DNA from: Candidatus Methylomirabilia bacterium | Lineage (GTDB): Bacteria > Methylomirabilota > Methylomirabilia > Rokubacteriales > CSP1-6 | Assembly (NCBI GenBank): GCA_041497895.1 | Contig: JBGQHJ010000153.1 | Coordinates: 1-11,596, forward strand | DNA length: 11,596 bases | Direction of reading: 5' to 3' | Shown: positions 1 through 6,324 of the stretch, one piece after another | Position numbering within the stretch: the first letter of the stretch is position 1 | Layout of the letters: each line of letters begins with the position of its first letter | Program-made: the position numbers and the translations under genes | The notes under the pieces: model-generated | What the model saw: the letters and a program-made list of their open reading frames with translations, nothing else | Told to the model about the DNA's origin: nothing | The model's database searches: none

Positions 1-1520
<1,520 letters not shown>

Positions 1521-1595
1521 AGTCCGAATCTCCTCGTTGAGCCAGTGTCGAAGGGTGGGTCACGGCGGCGCGGCTGGCCGCCGGCCCAACGCGTG

Positions 1596-1624
1596 TTTAT
1601 ACCGCAGGCGCCCGTCCTCGTCAA
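1596..1624 (-). promoter_or_regulatory. Sigma70-type promoter for hppA
   Basis: Minus strand TTGACG (1624-1619), 17 nt, TATAAA (1601-1596); about 75 nt upstream of the ATG. Confidence 0.75.
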
Positions 1625-1639
1625 CGCGACGCGTTGACG
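1619..1639. repeat. Perfect 10-bp inverted repeat overlapping the hppA -35 (putative operator)
   Basis: CGTCAACGCG-A-CGCGTTGACG read directly from the sequence. Confidence 0.6.
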
Positions 1640-1655
1640 GCGCGCGCCGGGCCGC

Positions 1656-1895
1656 CTAGTCGCGCAGGAGGGTCTCGATCTCCTCGCGATGGGCGCCGAA
1701 GCCGTCGAACAAGCGGTCGCCGAGCACCACGGTGGGCACGCCCAGGCGTCCCGAGCGGGCGAACAGGTCGAGGCTCGCCTGTGGGTCCTTCCCGACGTCG
1801 CGCACGTCGACCGCCACGCCGCGCGCCTGGAAGAACGCGAGCGCGGCCTCGCCGTCCGCGTTGCCTTCCATCGTGAAGACCAGCGCCTTTTTCAC
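1656..1895 (-). CDS. Glutaredoxin/NrdH-like thioredoxin-fold small protein lacking CxxC (79 aa)
   Basis: MKKALVFTMEGNADGEAALAFFQARGVAVDVRDVGKDPQASLDLFARSGRLGVPTVVLGDRLFDGFGAHREEIETLLRD. Grx pattern: beta1, helix, rgV..rDV..dp, cis-Pro motif GVPTVVLGD, GF. GTG start at 1895 (alternative 1904); the longer ORF-track version overlaps HU antisense. Confidence 0.8.
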   Translation of the reverse strand: MKKALVFTMEGNADGEAALAFFQARGVAVDVRDVGKDPQASLDLFARSGRLGVPTVVLGDRLFDGFGAHREEIETLLRD

Positions 1896-1902
1896 CGGGC
1901 TC

Positions 1903-1931
1903 ACGATATCACCTCGACCTTGACGCTCCAA
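1903..1931 (-). promoter_or_regulatory. Putative promoter for the Grx-like gene (leaderless)
   Basis: Minus strand TTGGAG (1931-1926), 17 nt, TATCGT (1908-1903) with an extended TGn; 7 nt from the GTG at 1895. Confidence 0.5.
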
Positions 1932-1949
1932 CGTCCCGTTTGCTAGCAT
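1920..1949 (+). promoter_or_regulatory. Putative promoter for HU
   Basis: TTGACG (1920-1925), 18 nt, TAGCAT (1944-1949) preceded by TGn. Confidence 0.55.
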
Positions 1950-1968
1950 CCGCGTCCGTTCAGCCGTC

Positions 1969-2241
1969 ATGAGCCGAATCGACCTCGTCACCACGATGGC
2001 CGCCGCCAGCGGCTGGACCAAAGCGGGCGCCGATCGCGCCCTGCGTGCGTTCCTCGCCTCGGTGCGCGGCTCGCTCAAGCGCGGCCAGCCGGTCACGCTG
2101 GTGGGCTTCGGCACCTTCTCGGTGAGCCGACGCAAGCCGCGGAAGGGCAAGAATCCGCGCACCGGGCAGCCCATGCACGTGGCGGGCGGACGCACGCCGC
2201 GCTTCAAGCCGTCGAAGGAGCTCAAGCGCGCGGTGCGCTAG
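1969..2241 (+). CDS. hup: HU family DNA-binding protein (90 aa)
   Basis: Signature VTLVGFGTFSVSRRKPRKGKNPRTG...PRFKPSKELK and typical length. Confidence 0.95.
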   Translation: MSRIDLVTTMAAASGWTKAGADRALRAFLASVRGSLKRGQPVTLVGFGTFSVSRRKPRKGKNPRTGQPMHVAGGRTPRFKPSKELKRAVR

Positions 2242-2288
2242 GGATTTTCTCTGCCCGGCAAATTCCGGCCACGGGTAAGATAGGGGCA

Positions 2289-3224
2289 GTGCGCGTCTTC
2301 CCGGTCCTCACCGTCAGCGTGGCCCTCTGGCTCATCGCAGCGCCGGCCCTAGCTCAGAACAGCAGTCAGAACACCCGGCCGCCCGTGCTGAGCGCGGAGG
2401 CCGTTCTCCTTCTCGACACGCAGGGCCGCGCCGTCTTCGCCAAGAACCCCGCCGAGCCGCACGCGCCGGCCAGCCTCGTCAAGCTCATGACGCTCTACCT
2501 GGCCTGCGAGGCGCTCGAGGCGGGCCGGGCCCAGTGGGAGGAGCCGGTGGTGGTGAGCCACCGCGTGGTCCTGACGCCGCGCTATCGCATGGGCCTCCGG
2601 ACCGGCGAGGCGGTCCCCTTGCGCACGCTGCTCGAGGGCGTGGCCATCGCCTCCGCCAACGACGCGGCCGCCGCGGTGGCCGAGCACCTGGGCGGCACCG
2701 AGGAGGCCTTCGTGGCCGCGATGAACGCCAAGGCCGAGGAGCTCGGGCTGACTCACACCCACTACGCCAATCCGCACGGCCTGCCCGACCCCAACCAGCA
2801 CACCACCGCCGAGGATCTGGCCAAGCTCATCGGCCGCCTGCTCGAGGACTATCCCGCGTCGCGCCCGCTCCTGGGCGGCGCCACGTTCGTGTATCGCGGG
2901 CGCGTCTACAGCCGGAACATCCCGCTCTTCCGGGACCCCGGGGGCGTGCAGGCGCTCAAGACCGGCTTCACGCGCGAGGCGGGCTACAACCTCGCCATCT
3001 CCGCCTGGAAGTCGGGCCAGCAGTTCGTCCTCATCGTGCTCGGCTCGCACACCCGCAGTCTCTCCTTCCGCGACGCGAAGGCGGTTCTCCAGTACGGCTT
3101 CTACGAGACGGGCCTCGCGGCCGCGCCCCCGCCGTCGGCGCCGCCCCGGCGCCCGTCGCGGCCGACGCCCCCTCGGCGCCAGCGCGGCTCGCGGGCGGCG
3201 GTCCCCGTGCCGAACCTCGGCTGA
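2289..3224 (+). CDS. D-alanyl-D-alanine carboxypeptidase / low-MW PBP (peptidase S11)
   Basis: Signal peptide (ALA/Q). SxxK in PASLVKLMT, SxN in ASANDAA, NPHGL, KTG in LKTGFTREAG. Pro/Arg-rich C-terminal tail. Confidence 0.93.
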   Translation: MRVFPVLTVSVALWLIAAPALAQNSSQNTRPPVLSAEAVLLLDTQGRAVFAKNPAEPHAPASLVKLMTLYLACEALEAGRAQWEEPVVVSHRVVLTPRYRMGLRTGEAVPLRTLLEGVAIASANDAAAAVAEHLGGTEEAFVAAMNAKAEELGLTHTHYANPHGLPDPNQHTTAEDLAKLIGRLLEDYPASRPLLGGATFVYRGRVYSRNIPLFRDPGGVQALKTGFTREAGYNLAISAWKSGQQFVLIVLGSHTRSLSFRDAKAVLQYGFYETGLAAAPPPSAPPRRPSRPTPPRRQRGSRAAVPVPNLG

Positions 3225-3225
3225 G

Positions 3226-3891
3226 ATGGCCGCGCCCCGCGCCTTCGTCTTCGACGCGTACGGGACCCTGTTCGACGTCCACTCGGTGGTGGAGGCGGCG
3301 CGCGCGATCACCCTGGACCCGCAGGCCCTGTCCCTGCTCTGGCGGCAGAAGCAGCTCGAATATACGTGGCTGCGCTCGCTGATGGGGCGCTACGAGGACT
3401 TCTGGCTCGTGACCGGTCAGGCCCTGCGCTTCGCGCTGCGGCGGCTCGGCGTCGCGGCGGGGGAAGCCCAGATCGAGGCGCTCATGAGCGCCTACCTGAC
3501 CCTGCGCCCGTTCCCCGAGGTGCCGGACGCCCTGCGCGCGCTGCGGGGCGTGCCGCGGGCCATCCTCTCGAACGGCTCCCCGCACATGCTGGAGAGTGCG
3601 GTGCGATCGAGCGGGCTCGCGGGGGCGTTCGACCACGTCCTCTCGGTGGACGCGGTCGGCATCTACAAGCCGTCGCCGCGGGTCTACGAGCTGGCCCCCC
3701 GCGCGCTCGGGCTGACCCCCGGGGAGATCGTCTTCGTGTCCTCGAACGGGTGGGACGTGGCGGGGGCCGCCGCCTACGGCTTCACGACCTGCTGGTGCAA
3801 CCGCGCCAACGCCCCCGCCGAGGAGCTGGACATGACGCCCGACCACGAGGTGGACCGGCTGGACGCCATCCCCGGCAAGCTGGGGCTCTAG
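3226..3891 (+). CDS. Haloacid dehalogenase type II (L-2-haloacid dehalogenase-like, HAD superfamily)
   Basis: FDAYGTLFDV, WRQKQLEYTW, LSNG, YKPSP and FVSSNGWDVAGA motifs. Starts 1 nt after the upstream stop codon. Confidence 0.93.
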   Translation: MAAPRAFVFDAYGTLFDVHSVVEAARAITLDPQALSLLWRQKQLEYTWLRSLMGRYEDFWLVTGQALRFALRRLGVAAGEAQIEALMSAYLTLRPFPEVPDALRALRGVPRAILSNGSPHMLESAVRSSGLAGAFDHVLSVDAVGIYKPSPRVYELAPRALGLTPGEIVFVSSNGWDVAGAAAYGFTTCWCNRANAPAEELDMTPDHEVDRLDAIPGKLGL

Positions 3892-3913
3892 CAACCCGCG
3901 CGGCTGGATCTCG

Positions 3914-3964
3914 AGCGGCGGAGCGTCCTGGGGCGCCGGGCGGGGTCAGGACGGTCCGCGCGCT
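3914..3964. terminator. GC-rich hairpin between convergent genes (possible terminator or 3' UTR structure)
   Basis: GCGGA-G-CGTCCTG pairs with CAGGACG-G-TCCGC around a 16-nt loop. No clear U-tract. Confidence 0.45.
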
Positions 3965-3975
3965 GCGAACGGGTT

Positions 3976-4134
3976 TTACTTCTTGGCCAGGCGCTTCCGC
4001 TTCACGTACGCCCAGATCTTCTTGGTCATCTCCGAGGGGCCGATGGGCTTGGAGCCCATGACCGACTCCAGCGTGTCGTCGCAACCCTTGAAGTTGATCG
4101 CGTAACCGCCAAACGCCAGCTTCTTCTTGGCCAT
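3976..4134 (-). CDS. Small basic protein (52 aa) resembling a truncated SWIB/MDM2-domain protein
   Basis: Manual translation MAKKKLAFGGYAINFKGCDDTLESVMGSKPIGPSEMTKKIWAYVKRKRLAKK*. Strong SD (GGGAGGA, 4148-4142) and G/C-ending codons. LESVMGSKPIGPSEMTKKIWAYVKRKRL resembles the SWIB core LaaivG..p..R.EvtKklWdYIKkh.L. Missing from the ORF track. Confidence 0.85.
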   Translation of the reverse strand: MAKKKLAFGGYAINFKGCDDTLESVMGSKPIGPSEMTKKIWAYVKRKRLAKK

Positions 4135-4199
4135 CCGTCATTCCTCCCTCGTTGGGTTATTGGGGGTCCTGCCCGGCGCCCCCCGAAACGGCCAGGGGT

Positions 4200-4241
4200 A
4201 TTATGGACAAACTCCGAGGGAGAGAAAAGGGGAAAATACAA
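4200..4241 (-). promoter_or_regulatory. Putative promoter for the mini-SWIB gene with an AT-rich upstream element
   Basis: Minus strand CATAAT (4205-4200), weak -35 TTTTCT at 17 nt, and a T-rich tract upstream (4225-4241) within otherwise very GC-rich DNA. Confidence 0.45.
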
Positions 4242-4270
4242 TCCCTAGGGGGTGTCCACGAGGGAGAGAC

Positions 4271-4300
4271 TACCCGGTGGGGGTATACCCCCCGGGGGGT
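4271..4300. promoter_or_regulatory. Tandem G/C-tract palindromes resembling CsoR/RcnR-family operators
   Basis: TACCC-GGTGG-GGGTA (4271-4285) followed directly by TACCCCCCGGGGGGT (4286-4300). Confidence 0.35.
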
Positions 4301-4310
4301 CCCCCGCCCC

Positions 4311-5456
4311 TCAGCCCCGCCCGGCGAAGGCGGGCATCACGTCCCGCGCGAACCAGCGGAGCTGCTCCTTGAACTCCGCGGGGGGAATGCCCTCGGCCCA
4401 GTGGATCATGCACTGCTCCAGGCCCGGGTAACGCGCCTCGATCTCGTGGATGGTCTCGATCACCTCGGCGGGGCGCCCGACCAGCCACGCCTTCTGCTCG
4501 ACGCCCTCGCGCAGGGTCGGCACGCGGGCGGGGGCGCCCGGCATGCCCCACGAGCGGCCCTCCTCGTCGGCGTAGCGGACGAAGCCGAAGGGCGCGAACC
4601 ACTTGTAGCGCTCGTCGTGGGCCGGCTCCAAACGGCGGATCGCCTCCTCGCGCGAGTCGGCGAGGTACAGGCCCACGCCCCAGCAGAGATCCTCGCCCAG
4701 CTCCTTGGGCCGCCCGTGGCGCACGCACGCGTCGCGGTAGGCGCGCGCGACCTGGTCGAGCACCTTCTCCCCGTTGAGGGTTACCATCGCCTTGAGCCCC
4801 ATGCGGGCCATGTAGTCGATGGTCTTGCCGCTCGCGATCGGCATCCAGATATCCACCGGACGGTGGATCGGGCGCGGGACGCAGGTGACCTCGCGGAGGC
4901 GGTAGCCACGGTAGTCCACGTCGGGCGGGATCACGTAGTGCTTGCCCCGGTGGCTCCACGACTCCTCGTTGAAGCACTTGAGCAGCACGTCCATCTGCTC
5001 CTCGAACAGCTCGCGATTGGCCGCCGCGTCCAGCAGCGGCGCGCCGAACGACTCGACCTCGCGGGTGTGGTAGCCGCGGCCGACCCCCATGATGACCCGC
5101 CCGTCGGTGACGATGTCGGCCATGGCGTAGTCCTCGGCCAGGCGGACCGGGTGCCACATCGGCAGGATGTTGAACGCGCAGCCGAGCTTGAGCCGGCGGG
5201 TCTGGGTCGCGAGCCACGTGGAGAGCAGCACGAGGTTCGGCAGCACCTCGTAGCCTTCCTTCTGGAAGTGGTGCTCGGCCGTCCACAGGCAGTAGTAGCC
5301 CAGCTCGTCCATGAGCTGGGCGACCTCCTTCGCGGTCTGGAAGGCCTCGACCAGGCGCTCGTTCGGATAGGCGCGCTGCTCGGTCGGGGTGCCGTTGAGC
5401 CCGACGTTCTCCAGCTCGATCTGCCCCACGTAGAGGACCGAGAATTTCTTGATCAC
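4311..5456 (-). CDS. LLM-class (luciferase-like) flavin-dependent oxidoreductase (381 aa)
   Basis: GTG start overlaps the SDR stop (GTGA). Motifs DELGYYCLWTAEHHF, HPVRLAEDYAMADIVTDGRVIMGVGRGY, EQLRWFARDVMPAF. The ORF-track extension to 6266 is an out-of-frame shadow of the SDR gene. Confidence 0.93.
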   Translation of the reverse strand: MIKKFSVLYVGQIELENVGLNGTPTEQRAYPNERLVEAFQTAKEVAQLMDELGYYCLWTAEHHFQKEGYEVLPNLVLLSTWLATQTRRLKLGCAFNILPMWHPVRLAEDYAMADIVTDGRVIMGVGRGYHTREVESFGAPLLDAAANRELFEEQMDVLLKCFNEESWSHRGKHYVIPPDVDYRGYRLREVTCVPRPIHRPVDIWMPIASGKTIDYMARMGLKAMVTLNGEKVLDQVARAYRDACVRHGRPKELGEDLCWGVGLYLADSREEAIRRLEPAHDERYKWFAPFGFVRYADEEGRSWGMPGAPARVPTLREGVEQKAWLVGRPAEVIETIHEIEARYPGLEQCMIHWAEGIPPAEFKEQLRWFARDVMPAFAGRG

Positions 5457-6244
5457 TTGGCTCTCCAGCCTCCGTCGACGACCAGTGTGTGTCCGGTGAT
5501 GTAGCCCGCCTCGTCCGAGGCCAGGAAGCAGACCGCGGAGGCGATCTCCTCCACCGTCCCGCGCCGGCCCGCGGGCGCGATCGCCCGCACCGCCGCGTCG
5601 TCCACCGCCACGCCCCGGCCGCTCATGTCCGGGACGCCGGGGCCGAGGATCTCCTGGGAGTGGGCGCGGAGGCTGGTCAGGATCGGGCCGGGGGCGACCG
5701 CGTTGATCGTGATACCGCGGGCCGAGTAGGTCACCGCCATCTGGCGGGTCAGCCCGACCACGCCGTGCTTGGACGCCACGTAGGCCGCACCGCCGCCGGT
5801 GCCGTTGAGCCCGGCCACCGAGGCCATGTTGATGATCCGGCCGCGGCCGCGGGGCAGCATCTCCTTGAGCGCCCGCTTGCAGCCGTAGAACACGCCGGTC
5901 AGGTTGATCCCGAGCACCCGGGCCCACACCGCGTCGTCCGTCTCGTCCACGTTGAAGTAGCCGTCGAGGATGCCCGCGTTGTTGACCATGACGTCGAGCG
6001 GCCCGAGCTGGCTCACCGCGGTCGACACCGCCCGATCGACGTCGGCGGCGCGGCTCGTGTCCGCCTGCACGCCCAGGCCCTTGCCGCCCGCGCCCATGAG
6101 CAGGCGCGCGGTCTCGTCCGCGCTCTTGCCGTCGAGGTCCACCGCGGCGACGCGCGCGCCGCGGGCCGCCATCGCCAGCGCGATGCCCCGCCCGATCCCG
6201 GAGCCCGCGCCGGTCACCACCGCCACCTTGTCTTGAAGGTCCAC
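5453..6244 (-). CDS. Short-chain dehydrogenase/reductase (classical SDR)
   Basis: TGAGSGIG Rossmann motif, NNAG, catalytic S...YVASK, ITGHTLVVDGG. Asp after beta2 (AAVDLD) suggests NAD(H) preference. SD GGGAG upstream. Confidence 0.95.
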   Translation of the reverse strand: MDLQDKVAVVTGAGSGIGRGIALAMAARGARVAAVDLDGKSADETARLLMGAGGKGLGVQADTSRAADVDRAVSTAVSQLGPLDVMVNNAGILDGYFNVDETDDAVWARVLGINLTGVFYGCKRALKEMLPRGRGRIINMASVAGLNGTGGGAAYVASKHGVVGLTRQMAVTYSARGITINAVAPGPILTSLRAHSQEILGPGVPDMSGRGVAVDDAAVRAIAPAGRRGTVEEIASAVCFLASDEAGYITGHTLVVDGGWRAK

Positions 6245-6258
6245 CGTCGTCTCCCTTG

Positions 6259-6294
6259 CCCCTCACCCTGCCCTCTCCCCTGAGGGGAGAGGGG
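6259..6294. repeat. BoxC/REP-like intergenic palindromic element
   Basis: CCCCTCACCCTG-CCCTCTCCCC-TGA-GGGGAGAGGG: pyrimidine-rich 5' half, purine-rich 3' half and a 10-bp perfect stem. Resembles the widespread CCCTCACCC...CCCTCTCCC...GGGAGAGGG repeat type. Confidence 0.75.
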
Positions 6295-6324
6295 TATTTG
6301 GATGGCGTCTCTGAGGCGCCGGCT

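Noticed and set aside
1896..2225. N-terminal extension of the 189-aa ORF 1656..2225(-)
   Set aside because: Antisense to HU; only the last 79 aa look like a real domain.
3893..3975. Possible SRP or 6S RNA in the structured intergenic stretch (contains GGGTCAGG)
   Set aside because: Lacks the SRP GGAA tetraloop and AGCAG motif; too short for 6S.
3976..4134. Type I toxin interpretation of the small ORF
   Set aside because: The protein is hydrophilic and basic with no transmembrane helix, and no antisense RNA promoter or terminator is evident.
3782..4372. ORFs 3782..4141(-), 4026..4241(-) and 4127..4372(+)
   Set aside because: Alternative frames over the better supported 52-aa gene; they overlap neighbours and have no recognisable motifs.
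5457..6266. Apparent 651-aa LLM fusion or frameshift with SDR
   Set aside because: The extension is an open alternative frame of the SDR gene; LLM has its own SD and a GTGA-coupled start, and no slippery site was seen.
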